In this document: in pieces, positions 38,187 through 50,981 of the stretch
How positions within the stretch are numbered: the stretch's first letter is position 1
How the letters are laid out: every line of letters starts with the position of its first letter
From: Perkinsus olseni
Lineage: Eukaryota
Assembly (NCBI GenBank): GCA_013115125.1
Contig: JABANN010000161.1
Location: forward strand, 1-58,841
Length of the DNA stretch: 58,841 nucleotides
Direction of reading: 5' to 3'
Notes under the pieces: model-generated
Database searches by the model: none
What the model saw: the letters and a program-made list of their open reading frames with translations, nothing else
Told to the model about the DNA's origin: nothing
Made by a program: the position numbers and the translations under genes

Positions 38187-40453
38187 ATGGAGGGAGTGGG
38201 ACTTAAAGGTACGAGTGTCTGAGGTTTACTATTCTTCATAGAAATCACAACGTATCAATACAAAATAGTAATTCCCAATTTTGGTATTTGGCAAGATCGG
38301 TTCAGACTTCGGAGCACGACGATTACGAGATTTCTGTTGGTTTAGGTGCAGCTGCAGCGGCTGCAGGCAATAGCTCAGGCTGGTACTGAGAAACGCACTA
38401 TCATGGCGAAGCGGAGGGAGGAGGAAGAGGAGCAGAGTCTGCTGGCCGAGGAGAAGCGACTGAGGATGATCGAGGAGAAGAAGAAAGTCGAGGCAGAGAA
38501 GAGGATGGTGGTGGACGATAAGTAGTATTCCGTGGACGCCTGTTTCTGGGGAGGGTCGTGGGATGCTACTGGGTAAGGGTACTAGCGGTGGTATCGCCGT
38601 CTTGTTTTGTCCCTAAATTTTCAATGAGAATTTTCGAGGGTGCGTTGCTCACTAAGTCAGTGAGTCAGTCGAGAGTTGCTTTGAAGATTGTAGTGATGGC
38701 TCGTTACAATCGAAAACAGGAGGGTTCTGTGGAAGGGTTACCGATCCTCCTGTCTCCTCGCAGTTGGTCAGAAATCTGGCAGAGCGCACTCGAAAGATTC
38801 CGGAAACGATCGTTCCTTCAGGACAGCGGCCGAAGCAACTCCACAGTCCCCTAAGAAGCTAGCAGCTCCAGCTCCCCAGCCGCCGAGTACTCCAGATTTC
38901 GCGCGCCCCGAAATTAAGGAGAAGCCGATAGCAGTGCCAGTGCAGCCACCAGCAGTGGAAGAGGCGACTGGGGAGACCTTGCAGACTGCTGGGTTGAAGG
39001 CCTTGACGAGTTTCACTGACGTATGGGGGCGCAAGGCTGAGCTGTCGAAAAAATACCGACCTGCCTGGAAGGAGATCTGTACGACAACATCGCCTCTTTC
39101 ACCGCTCAAGGACGTCCGTTTTCATCAGGTATTGCCGCCCAGCAAGTGTCGTCCACTCGAAAGAGCATCACCCATACCGCAGCAAAGGCGACGCGAGTGC
39201 TTAGCCGTAACAAGGATAATGAGGAGGCTGTCAGGTTCCTGGCATGCGTAAGTGATGGGATAGGGATCTTCGGGCGTGCGCTTATTACGTCATCTGTGGA
39301 CGAAATTCTTTCGTTCTGCCGCCGTACGTAGTTTAAGGTCTCAGTAGCTCTTAACAGTTACAATTCTTAAGACATCTGAAGCATTTTCATCTGACTTTGA
39401 GACTTTTCCTTTCGAGTCTTCACATGTTCATGCGTGTCGTTAACATTGAAAGTGCTGAATTCTGGCAACTGGCGCATCTCAGGCTTCCGCGGAGAAGTTG
39501 ATTTCGTGTTCGATCAACAACAGTTTGGACTTCGTCTGGACGACCGCCTACCACATTCGCCTGGTCGCGGAGAATCTTCAGTCCGAGCCTGCACATGTCA
39601 GAGACCTGTACCTTCACGCCCTGGTTGGGTGCCTCAATTTCAAGTAGGCGGGCCTGTGGCGAGGTCGTTACATATTTTGGAGTGTTGTCAGGTGCCCTTG
39701 GATCTCCTGGATTGATGTGGGTAAGGCTACTAAGGCGGCCGTGAAACACGTTGACAGCACGGACTGGTTCAAGGAGCAGGAGGTGGGCGAGGGGCCAGGG
39801 TCTTTCTATTAGACTATGTCTATGCGCCACTCTCGGGCTGCGTCTCTTGTAACCCGTTGCGGCGTGGACCAGGAGGTTGACGGAGGATGAGTTCCTCAAT
39901 TTTCTATGCACTTTGACGTAGATCAACCTCCTCTATCCTCTGAGCCAGCGGCTCCCATCCGATGATCCTCGCTTCTCCTCAGACTTTCGTTTGCCTCTGG
40001 CTCGCCCTCCTGCTGGTGTTCCAAGACATAACCTGCCTGTGGCAGTGGTTGGCTGCCTTAGTCACGGATGCTCATCGACAAGGTGAGACACGACTCCCTT
40101 CGAGACTTCATCGCCCTCCGCCTGCAGACCCGGCCCTGCCGATGCTGGTCCACTGTTACCTTCGAGTATGTCGTTACGATCTGGTGAAAAGATGGTTGGG
40201 CCCGAATCAGGGCGGCAAACTGGAGCGTCTCTTCGCTGGCCCAATCCGAGCTCGGATACGAGAAGTATGCCGTGAGGCCTCGACTGCCATGGCCAGTGAA
40301 TTTTTACAGATCCGCTCCCTCAACCGATCGTCGGCGGTGGTGGAGCACTACGGTCTTCTTTGCGAGACTGAATTGGACGACCCCAATATTGGGCCACCCG
40401 AGGGCGTGGAGGTCCAGGCTGATGAGGAGTCGGAGTTGAACTCAAACGTGTGA
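38187..40453 (+). CDS. Coiled-coil plus helical-domain protein, possibly GLE1-like
   Basis: E/K-rich N-terminus; LWQWLAAL...LVHCYLRVCRYDLVKRWLG.NQGGKL resembles the GLE1 C-terminal pattern (by eye). Confidence 0.4.
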
Positions 40454-40816
40454 CAATATTCTCTGCATAAAATCGGCAGGATGCGTTGACTTCTCGAAAG
40501 CTGGGGACTGGCAAGCTGCGGTCTTTGTTCCACTGTGAAGGCTAGTTCTTTTTCATTCGTCGTTTTGGGAGGCTTGTACTGGTCTTTGACTTGCCTCGGT
40601 TGTAGTGACGCGATTTCGGTAAAGTTGGGTAGTAGATGCGAGATTGATAACAATTATACTGCTAGCCTTCTAAAGTACTCACGCATCTTGCGCGTGCGTA
40701 CTTACAAGTACGCACACGCGTTGCAAGTGGTCCTTAGACAGCCTTGGGACTCAACGACTCAGACACCACTCCCTGCCCACCTCGAGTCCATCCTCGCTAG
40801 TGTGCTCCATTCCACG

Positions 40817-41425
40817 ATGGCTTCTACTGTGTCCGCCCCTCCCACAGCCGCCACCACGGCCGCATCGTCGTCTGGACCCTCCTTCCTCCCCCTGGCCCTC
40901 GTCGACAAGTGCGTTGGCAGTCGTATCTGGGTTATCATGAGAGGAGATCGGGAACTGGTGAGAAGCCCTGCCGTTGCATTGGTGGCTGCAATGCTCCAAC
41001 AGGTTGGGACTCTGCGCGGTTTCGATGACTACGTTAACATGGTCCTGGACGATGTGACTGAATAGTAAGTGCCAATGGCTAGCAACAGTCTGCACAACGA
41101 ATTCTGGCAACAACGATTTCTTCTTTGACGAGAAATATCGATATTTGTCTACTGTCCGTGCGAGTGTGAGATTCTTATCTAATCTCAGTAGAGTAAAAAG
41201 GGTGCCCTCAGGGCGCAGCGAATTCTTAGCAACCATTCGTTACTGATGGATGGTTATTGTTATGATCAGTACCATGCTCCCCGACGGAGGCAAGCGTGTC
41301 GACAAGATCGAGTCCATCCTCCTGAACGGCAGTTCAGTTGCCTTGGTAACAACATCATTCTGTTGACCACTCCCCGCCAGACTCGTCCTCTTCAGCTCGT
41401 TCCCGGTGGCAGCCCCGAGGCCTAG
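40817..41425 (+). CDS. LSM5: Sm-like protein LSm5 (4 exons)
   Basis: [45 protein letters not shown]...[15 protein letters not shown]. Confidence 0.96.
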
Positions 41426-42466
41426 GTGTTGTTTGGCTTCCTCAGCTGTTTCGATTGGGCCTTCGGCGGAGTATTGCGTTGAGAAAAGGCGAGGGAAATA
41501 TTTCTCCATGGCACCTTCCTCCTATTGACGGGTAACTCCACATCTCTCCAATAGCTTGCTCAATCTTTCGGTAGTTCCCTGGATTAAAATTAACGTGTAA
41601 ACCGCTGTTTCTGGCAGCCAGCATATTGGTCAGCAATACTCAGCAACACAGGAGAGTACTGTTGGTATTAGAAACCGTCTAGGGTGCAGTCCAATAACGA
41701 TGGGCCACTATCAATAATAATATCATCCATAAACAACGGAGGTATACTGTACCGGAGCCAACCCACACTATAAAGGATTCTGATGCTGCATTAGAGATGA
41801 CCATCCACAGGGATATCATCAACCAGAATAATACTCGTGCGCTGCAGAGGGACCTGAAGGGAGGAACAACAATCGCCAGTATCATTAATAGGGAAGTTTA
41901 TGGTATTACAATATATAGTCTATTAATAACAGATCTATTATAATGTACGTTATGTGTGAGACGCACGGTATGCACCGGTACGAGTCCTTAGGAACAGATT
42001 GCGCAACGAAACCCAAAACAGCACGTCCAACGATATGCATAGTACCAACACTAACAACACGTTGACATGTTTTGATACCCACACCCACAAGCAGCCCCCC
42101 TACGATCATAAACATTATTAGTAAATTGTTATAACGACAGACGAGGCCCACCTCGTCCACTCCACGTAGGGCTCCGTCTGTCCGCTACTTGTAACAACAG
42201 GATCTAGTCGAAGCACGCGGCCAATACTCCGCGCCAGATTCTTGCAGGGATCCATGAGGAATCCAAACTCGATGCTGGCCACCGGCCGACTCCACCGAGA
42301 GCCTCGGTACCTGTCCAGTGCATGCCCAGGAGCGACGCTCAGAAATCCCTCCTGACCTCAACGGACGGTTGTACGAGGCATCGCCGCGCTTCGACGGAGG
42401 TATGGCAGGTGGCTCGGGAGCTGCTTCCTCTCGACCAGGGGGTGGCGAATCTTCGAAAGCTTCCAT
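41422..42466 (-). CDS. Multi-exon membrane protein of unknown function
   Basis: ATG at 42466, Pro-rich start and several hydrophobic exons. Confidence 0.4.
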
Positions 42467-42499
42467 TCGAGATGACTTAACGAAGAGCGGCGATCATTC

Positions 42500-45345
42500 C
42501 CTTACAAATTCGATTCGGTGGCGTTGTAGTCTGCAAGGTCGGTAGCGGCTGAGGTCCGCTGGATTCCCCATGGAAGAATGCGTGTTCCACCACACATCGA
42601 AGGCGCCCCAATTTCGATCCCTGATTGAATGGGCCTATGTTCAGCTATCGGCGCCCTCCTACCTGAGGTGGCCCTCGAGCTCTCTGGCTGGCCCGGCCTG
42701 CCGTATCCGGAGGTCGACTCTGGCCGGTGACGAGAATGGTCCGTCCCCAGAAGGAAGATACCTGCGAGAAGGAATCTTGAAGCTCTGCCGTCTGCCAAGG
42801 CCAACCTTCATAGCATCCGCGATTCTTTTGATATCATGCTTGAAGTCAGACAAGAAGGAGGCACTCCGTAGTAGTGCACGATACACCGGGTTAACCTACA
42901 GGTGATCGTCACAGGCTGCCGATGGCCCCGAGCTGCTACATCCTCGACGAAAGTCTTGGCAAGGGTGGAGGGCGTGGTGAATACCGCATTTCCGCCGCCT
43001 TGTGGGGGAAGGGAATTGATCGCGATCTCCGACATTAGCCGGTCGTTCACAACGCACTCGAACAGGACGACCAGCATGTGCACCTGCACGGGCAACTTAG
43101 GAGAGCACTCGAGGCAGTTCCAGGTAGCTTACGAAACTGTAAATTTCCGAGGAGTTAAAGAATTTCCGGTCGTCTTCGCCCTCCATCAGCATATCCTCGC
43201 ACGTGCCACTGACGGCTGGATGCGTGAACACCACTTCCATGAGGGGATAGTACCTGGGAAGGGGAGGCCGACCTGAGCCAGGGGAACACAACCAGCAGCC
43301 GCTTTACAGTGGTAACGCTTCCATGTTCACGGGATTGCGCAGTAGCCGCTGCATCGCTGTGACGTAGTACGGCCATACATCGGCGTCTGCGACGGAGGGG
43401 CTGCCCAGCCAGGAGCCTTGATAAGGACGATGATGAGCTGAGGGGGTCCTTGGACGCTTACCGGCTCCCCAGGGCTGCAGCAGCATTATCCAGATCTTGA
43501 TGAGGTAGACGGCGGTCTCGCTGCTCACTGACGAGGAGGCCGCCGATTTGTCCTTGCAAAGTTTCCTGTTCAAAAAAAGGAAAACGTTGGGCGGAGCGAA
43601 GCAGGGAGATGCTCACAAGTGGAGTAACTCTACGATGGAGGGTAGGAGGACTTGACACTCCGGCGGGAAGGAGGGGGGCAGTGGCGACCGGCTGCCGTCC
43701 CGGTCACCGGAAAGCAGCGTCCACTGAGATGGGAAGAGTGAAGACACAGTGCAGTAGGGGACATTGAAGCCGACTGGGTGCAAAGAGACAGAAAAGAGCG
43801 AAGCATTCAAAGGTCGCTGTGGACATATAACCCGAGGCGAAGACAATGGAAGATGGGAAACCGCAGACACGATACGGGGTGGCGCTTCAACGATCAACTT
43901 GAAACACTCACGAGCGAATGCCGGGGACAAGCCGATAGCCGATGGTATTATCTCTCTCACAGATTGCTTCGCTACTATTCCTATAGCCACACGATCGCCC
44001 AGGAGGACTGACCTAGCCTTGGCTAGGGGGGAGTATCTTACCTCCTGATCGGACATTCCACCGAAGGCTGTTGAGCCTCGAGCCTCCTCGGCATCAATGG
44101 CGGTGATGGAGGCTGACAAGAAACAAGACGCCATCAGCATGCTCGACGGCGAGGCAGCCAGTACACCGATTTTACGTTGCGCAGTCGGAGATTCAAGAAA
44201 CTTAGACGAAAGTAGAGCTCCTACTGTCAATCCTGGCTCCGGGCAGCAGCGAGTGGATGGCAGGCCGATAAGAAAGAAGCTGTCACATGAGATCGAAGAG
44301 TCGAGAAAACCTCTTGTACGCGAGCGACTCCCGAACCCATCTCATTGTAAACTCTCTGCCCCTATTCTGCATGGCATTTTGATAAGGAAGACGCCATGAC
44401 GACAGGCTTACCTCTCAATGAGTCCAAGGCCAAGACACGGATACACACCGTCCGCAGTGAGCGTAGCAAGGGCACGTCTAGCTTCATTTGGGCCACACCA
44501 ACAGGGCCACTCAACTGCGGGGATATCCAGAACGGAGTAACCAAGTGGACCAGCAGGAGGCCCTGAACTCGGACTACAGTCGGCACTCCCCTACTCCCTT
44601 ACCATGCGCCGCCTGTGCTGTTTTTCTCCAGGACTTGTGCTGTCAGACTCCCCTGAGGTCATAGGGGTTTGGTCAAAATACCTATACAGACCACGTCTGG
44701 TCACCTCCGACTTCCGGCATCTCCCTCAGCGACGTGCACGGACGCAAGCTCACCTGGCCAGATACAAGTCCAAGAGCCTATCGTAGGCGTCCGAAAAGGC
44801 CTCTCCTGTATCCGAAGGGCAGCGTCTCTGAGAGGACAAGGCCAGGGCGTGAAGCTGGCGTAGTGTGACCAACCTTAGACGAGCCGATGCCCAACTCGTG
44901 TGAGGACCAGAAGTCCTTACGACCGCTGTAGGAGTGCTGACTGCGCCTGACGAAGAGATAGTGGTGGTGCGAGCAGGGACGGACCCCTACCCGGCAGCGA
45001 CGTCCATGGCCGATATTGGACCGGAGATCATCAGATAGACGAAGCAGAAGAGGAAGTACTCCTGAGAAAGTCTGAGTAACTGTGAGTACAACTTCTCACA
45101 CTGTTGGAGCCAATTGAAGGAAAGGAACAATCGTGAGGCCTCCGAGAGGCGGCCACTGGCCATGCCTGTGGGTTGTGTCGACCTACCTCAGCAGTGAGTT
45201 GGATGGAGCGAGAGTCGGACTGATAGCGGTCGGGTAGCGAGAGGAACTCACAGAGTGCCTGAATGAAGGCTGTGAGGCGTTGTGGTAGTGAAAGTAGCAT
45301 AAAATGATAACGGCAGTGGATACACGGGCGAGAGGCCAAGGACAT
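42500..45345 (-). CDS. Large multi-exon protein, possibly SMPD4-like
   Basis: LIKIWIMLLQPW, VWPYYV and RPIQSGIE occur in the order of SMPD4-family motifs (by eye). Confidence 0.35.
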
Positions 45346-45479
45346 CGTGCCGTGTTTCCGTAGTAGGTGGCTAGGAGGGTCTGGCCAACCAGCTTAGCAC
45401 TCTACGCATGGACGCTGTCGTCGCCAATGGCTGCGTCATCACCTCGCTAAGCGAGGCTCGCTTGAATGCTGGGCAAATT

Positions 45480-48218
45480 TATTATCACAGCACCAGCAGG
45501 AGAATAGACGACACAAGTATTGCTTCTGTGTAACAAAGCCACCAGCCTGGAGACCCACGCAAAGTCGCAGCGAAGCGCGAACTCACGTCACGAGGCTTGG
45601 CCCTCCGACCGGCTGACCCCCCTCCGAGGGCGTAAAACGATCGCTGACTGGTGGCATGGGCGGCGTCAAACTGCTCCCCTGTCTGTATCAGTAGCTCCCT
45701 TTGTGTGGCCGTTGGCAGCACTGAGATCGGCAACAAGTACCTGCCGGAAACTGTGGACCGGGCGGAGGCTAGACGGGCCCCCACCTCAAATTTCCGCCGT
45801 ACACGACCCGACCGGAAGGGCCCGGGACGCCACTCTGAGCTGCTACTAACTCCAGCAGTGGCCCCTTGGGGTCGAACACGCCCAGAATAATAGAGTCCAC
45901 CGTGCCTGGGATGAGGAGGGCGTGAAGAGGGGCGCCGAGCGAGGACCTACTTGACTCAGCCCTCAGCCATCTCGAAAGGCAGAGCATTATCTGGGGCAGA
46001 TAGGCCAGCAGCTCCGAGTTCAGTTTGCTAGTGCCTGACCGAGAACCACTCGGTGTGCCTTCTCATTGTTGTTAAGGCCCTTGCCTGCCCGGCCTAGTGC
46101 CGTCTCCTGTCTGCAGTAGGCTTCTAACTTCCTCGCGCTCTCGGCCGGGCTATCGAAACCATTGACTATCTGAAGCACGACAGCCTAGTAGCTTCTAGTA
46201 GCAGCAGCGGTACCTCCTCGAGGGACTTCGCGTCTGTTGTGTACTGTTGTTGACGAGAGCCGGGCAGGAAGCCCCGGTGAAGCAGGTTCGAGGCCTCCGC
46301 CCCCAGCCCGGTGGCGCCGAACGACCGATGGTGAGAGTCCGTTGAAGAGCCGGGGAACATCACTACCACTCTTGAACGTGAAAGGGGGTGAACTCAAAAC
46401 ATTCAGAAAAAATCACAAAGGTTTGCTGCTGCTGCCGCTGCTGCTGCTGCACGTGGTGGTGTCGGCCATGCCCGTCATCATCATCGAAGCGGCCTTTAGC
46501 ATGCGATACTCCTCCATCTTGGCGTCGAAGGCCTCGATGTACCTGCAAGGTCGCCTAGGGTTTCTATCGGACGTTCGACCTTACGGTGCCCGCTGGTCGT
46601 CGGTCATAGCCAGCCATTGCCGGGCCGCGATAACCCCGAAGGCAGAGGCTTCTATTGGTCGGCTGGGATCTAGCAGACGGGCCATGAGAGCCTCTCGTCC
46701 GCGGCAGAGCTCACTCAGTTTTCTAGCGTTGTGCAGCTGCACTCTGGCGAAGGCTAGGTAGGCACTGCACGGCCGCTGAGGAGTTGTTAAGGTGTTGATT
46801 TCGGAGAGGAGGTCCTTGTGAGGGGCGGGAGGGGCCGTCGTCGCCTGGGAGCTCACCAACGGGGGTGTGGACTCTGGGTGGCTGGGCTGGGAGCCTGAGA
46901 TCATAGCCAAATCAATGACGACGGTTGCTGCCGACGAAAGAAACACAGGAGTGGTCCTGCAGGAGGTAACAGGGAGGCGTGAGCTACCGCCGGGCTAGTT
47001 GTTCCCGTGAGAAGTTGTACTATCGATCCAAAGTCTCGCACTGCAGTGGTTATCGGGCGTTGGCTACCGTCAGGAATGGTATCTCTCAAGAGCCAACCAT
47101 GTGAATCTTTGCGCACCGCCTGGATTTTTCCGGGAGATGAAAAAATCCATGTTCGCAACCTGGACTCCTCGAAAACTACTCCGCGGCAATTGGGCTCATA
47201 GAGCTGGATGAGGTCCGGGGCTCTTTGCGTCAAGTCACGCACGAAAAGGGCTGGGGAAGCCTAGAAGGCCTACTGGCCCCGTTCATTCTCTTTAGTCTCT
47301 TCGCCGGGCGCCCATAAAGGGCGTTGATGCTCATCCTCTTGCCACCAACGACGGCATCACCCGGCCCGAGTGCCGGTGGGGGAGCCCGAGGGAGGCCAGC
47401 GAGCTGTGCGATGAACTGAGGGGGAGGTACGGACTGATGCGACACTCCGACAGGGCGACGAGCGATGGGAGAATTGAGAGCAGCGCATTACGATGATCGT
47501 ACGACGGATGCTGACCTACGTCAAGTCTGAGCTGGGGGCGTGCGTGCAGAATCGCAACCACCATCTCGAATAGGTGATGGTCTGGCACGGAGGCGAACAT
47601 CTGACTGATGCCAGCTCTAGTCGAATCTTGTTGACTCATATCTTGCAAGAGTCGACCTATCGCCAACACCAACCCTCTCCTCCCCTGGCGCCAACAGCCG
47701 TCACCCTCTGGACTCCAACGCAAGAATGTAGGCTCAGTAGCTAGAACCGATGGTAGGTTGTGAGTGCTCAACGCTAGAAAAGTCTTCAATAGTCAAAGTA
47801 GCAGCAGCAGCAGCAGCAGCAGCAGCAGGCCTCTAATTGGAACACTCTATCATTCCAGCTGCCGGGGCGAGACCACCGGAGTCCACTCATCCTCGTCGTC
47901 ATCGTCCCCGTCTATCTCCCAAGGTTGCACTGTATTCTTTCGTATTTTGCTTGCAGTGTTCACACTGACATTCAAGTTGGTCAGGCGTTCGTCCAGTAGG
48001 GATTGCTCGAGGGTAACAGTGTCGCAGGGTATGAGCCTGAAAGACAAAGAGTATGTTGCCACAGCACCAGCGTTACACCATGACTCATGTTCAATCGGCG
48101 TGGTTGGAACCCGAACCCGACGTGGTCATCGCAGTACCCAGCCCGGGAAACCCGAACTCACGGATGTTGCTCATGAAAGTGTCACTTTACATTGGAATGT
48201 GTCTCTGAAATTTTCCAT
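45480..48218 (-). CDS. HMG-box-containing protein (locus limits uncertain; may be more than one gene)
   Basis: PQRPCSAYLAF...AARQWLAMTDDQRAP|YIEAFDAKMEEY HMG box at about 46500-46790. Confidence 0.65.
47800..47826. repeat. (AGC)9 microsatellite
   Basis: Seen directly in sequence. Confidence 0.9.
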
Positions 48219-48259
48219 GTTCTCTCCCAAGGCTACAGGGGTATGCGTCTTTATCGTAC

Positions 48260-50721
48260 TTACTCTCGGCCAGGGGTCATCGTAGCAAGGGTCGATTCCC
48301 GCTTCAAGAGAGCGCCCAAGGCCCCGAGGTAGTGGGCATGACGGAAATAGAGGGCCTTCATGCGGCCTCCCGTCCAGAAGTTGAAAGACGACTGTATCGA
48401 GCTGAATACCTGACAGAGGGAATCTTAGCTCGATGCTTGCAAAAAACAAAAGATACTCCTAAGCAAGGTCATCGACCTACCTGCAGCAGGTGAGTATCCA
48501 AAAGATACCCCACAAAGACCACATTGTCGATGCCGTACAGGCTAGCATGAAGATACGCCAACTGACCTGTGTTCATGGACATGAGGTTCATCAAGGACCT
48601 CGCTATCTCCGAGCTTTTCACCTGCCCACCACCATCAGCGTATTGCCCTGCCATCTCTCGCTCGGCATTCCGCTTACATGCTCCCGTTGTTCCTTGTTAT
48701 TAGCCTTACCGAAGCTCGAGGCCACAGTGTTGCCCTTGAGGCCTATGGATGGATAGTCACCGCCGTAGATGTCCGAAACCAGCAAGTCCAATGGTGAAAA
48801 ATCACAAGTCTTGCCGCACCGTAGAATATCTAAGAATAGTAAAAACAGGAATCGAACCCGCGACCTACGCGAGCGAAGCGCACCGGCCTAACCAACTGAG
48901 GTACCTGCAGGTGTTCTCGAACACTTTGCTGGAAGCATATGCCTGGCCATCCCCATCACCGTCGCCCCGCCTATCGGAGACCCTCCCACACGATACATCG
49001 ATCTGCCAGAAAGCAATCCTCCCCGAACCCAGCCAGGCGTCCTCATCATTACATTGGTGAATCCACTCTGTAAAAACTCGTACCGCTCTTCATGCTAACC
49101 ATAAGGAACGGAAAGATACTTTGGAACTTCTCCGACTTCACAAACTCCATTCCCTCGACCAACTCGGGATTTGACGGCAGAGACCCCGCCAGATTGACCC
49201 CCTAAAAGCAACCCTACAAGATCAACCATCAGCCCCCTCCTCTACTACTGAGTCCTTCCCGATGTTAGGGAAGTAGAAGCACTCTTGTGGGACATGCCGC
49301 AAAACGTAGTTGATCCCAGCCAGCACACAGGCCGACTCACGATGCCGCTCGCACCTTGCCCCCAGTGAGCGCTCGATAGCTGACACAGACGAGATGGTTG
49401 GACTTGGCCGTCGGATGAATGCTCCTAGTACAGTCCTGAAGCCTCCAAACACCGCTGCCTACTCCAGCGAAGGAGTTGCCCTTGCTCTTCCTTTGTAGTG
49501 ACAGGAGGTACTGGCCAACCTGAATGAGAATTCTGCTGCCAATGGGCTTGGGAATGATACAAAAACGGCGCGATAACCCACTGACTAGAAAGGCCACCCC
49601 GGCCGACTAACGCTCGAGCTTCTCCCCGAAGCGGCAACAACTTCAGTCACCAAGGGACCATTAAACCCGTTCTCTCAGCAGCGGCGGATATCGAGCACGT
49701 GCATTCATACCGCCAGCGATCATCCCAATGGTCAGGCTGCATCAGCGACTCCTCCCCAGTGAATCATACCTCTGTTGATAGGAACTGTTGTGTATCATTA
49801 AGGTCAAAATCCACGAATCTTATCTCGCTCGCATCGTCCGTACTCCTTATCGTCCAATCCTCCATCCCTTCGTTCCACTCACTAGACGCTAGGGAAGATG
49901 CTTGCGACTCCGTACTGTCAGCCGGACTCTCGGCGGGGCTCTCATCGCCTACAGTGCCACAAAGTATCAAGAAACTGTTGCGGACCGCTCCCAAGGAAAG
50001 CGTGTAAGTTTGGAAATCCCAAGATAAATTTTAAGTCAAGATCCGCTATAATGTAGAATTCACCCCTGCACAACCAATTAACCTCTCTAGATGTCTCGTA
50101 CCGCACCATCCACAATAATTGCTATGGCGAGGACTTTGCTCGAAGGCCATACAGTTCAAAAGGCCCGGGTACACCACAATTGATCTTCTGACTAGTAGAG
50201 GAGACTGGAGATGGACTGCGAGGAGGAGTTCTTCCGCCAAATCGGTTAAGATGGCCCGGTGGTCCAACACCGTCTGATTAGCGGAAGGTGTGGTACGCGG
50301 ACTACTGCTTCAGTACTTTCTGAAGCAGCATATACTCCCGCTCCAGCTATTGTCGGACTCTGTCAGTCCGACTCCTTCCTCTCGTCGATAATGCCTCAAT
50401 CCCTCGAGCGCTGCCTCGCCCTCCTAGCTAACGAATCATGCGTACAACGCAGGTCGATGCTCGTTAATTGTACGGATCACTTCCTCATAACAATTTCCAA
50501 TCTCTACTACATTATCGACGACGCAGTAACAACCAAACGCCCCGCCGCTGCCGCCGCCCACTACTACTGCTTCCTGCGGAGGCGTGTCTATGCGACCTTC
50601 TCCGCCCAGCCAGAAAACTGAGGTCAGTTGGTATGGGGCAGTCATCGGTGTCGGAGGCCCGGACGCGGACTGCAATTTTACCGATGTTGCCGCCAAGATC
50701 CACTCCGACGAGATTACCCAT
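48260..50721 (-). CDS. PANK: Type II pantothenate kinase, divergent
   Basis: VGVDLGGNIGK, FPFLMVSMKSGTSFYRV, RVGGSPIGGAT, DLLVSDIYGGDY..IGL...VASSFGK, FWTGG..KALYFRHAHYLGALGA. Confidence 0.9.
48830..48904 (-). other. 75-nt PanK intron consisting of a tRNA-Arg(TCG)-like body
   Basis: G TA CCTC AGTTGGTTA GGCC G GTGCG CTTCGCT CGCGT AGGTC GCGGG TTCGATT CCTGT TTTT ACTATTCTTAG; removal restores the PanK frame (GCA G|AT). Confidence 0.85.
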
Positions 50722-50981
50722 AATAATGGAAAAAAGCAACCTGCTTGAGTCCCCTCCGGAATGAGCTTCGCTCCGCTCATCATACACTCCTTTTTTACTT
50801 AATCACGAAGAACATACTCCTGGCTGATCTGATGCCGTCGGGCGCGCGCTATTGCACGCCATTTTTTTTCAAATACTGATTTGTTCTAACCAGCCTTCAA
50901 TTACTCGTTCAACACAGCGACAAGACCGTTTAGGATTCATAGAAACTCATGATTGTGATAAAAAATGAAAACCCCAAAAAA

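Noticed and set aside
38371-38390. D-arm-like TAGCTCAGGCTGGTA
   Set aside because: Within coding frame QAIAQAGTEKR; no anticodon or T arm.
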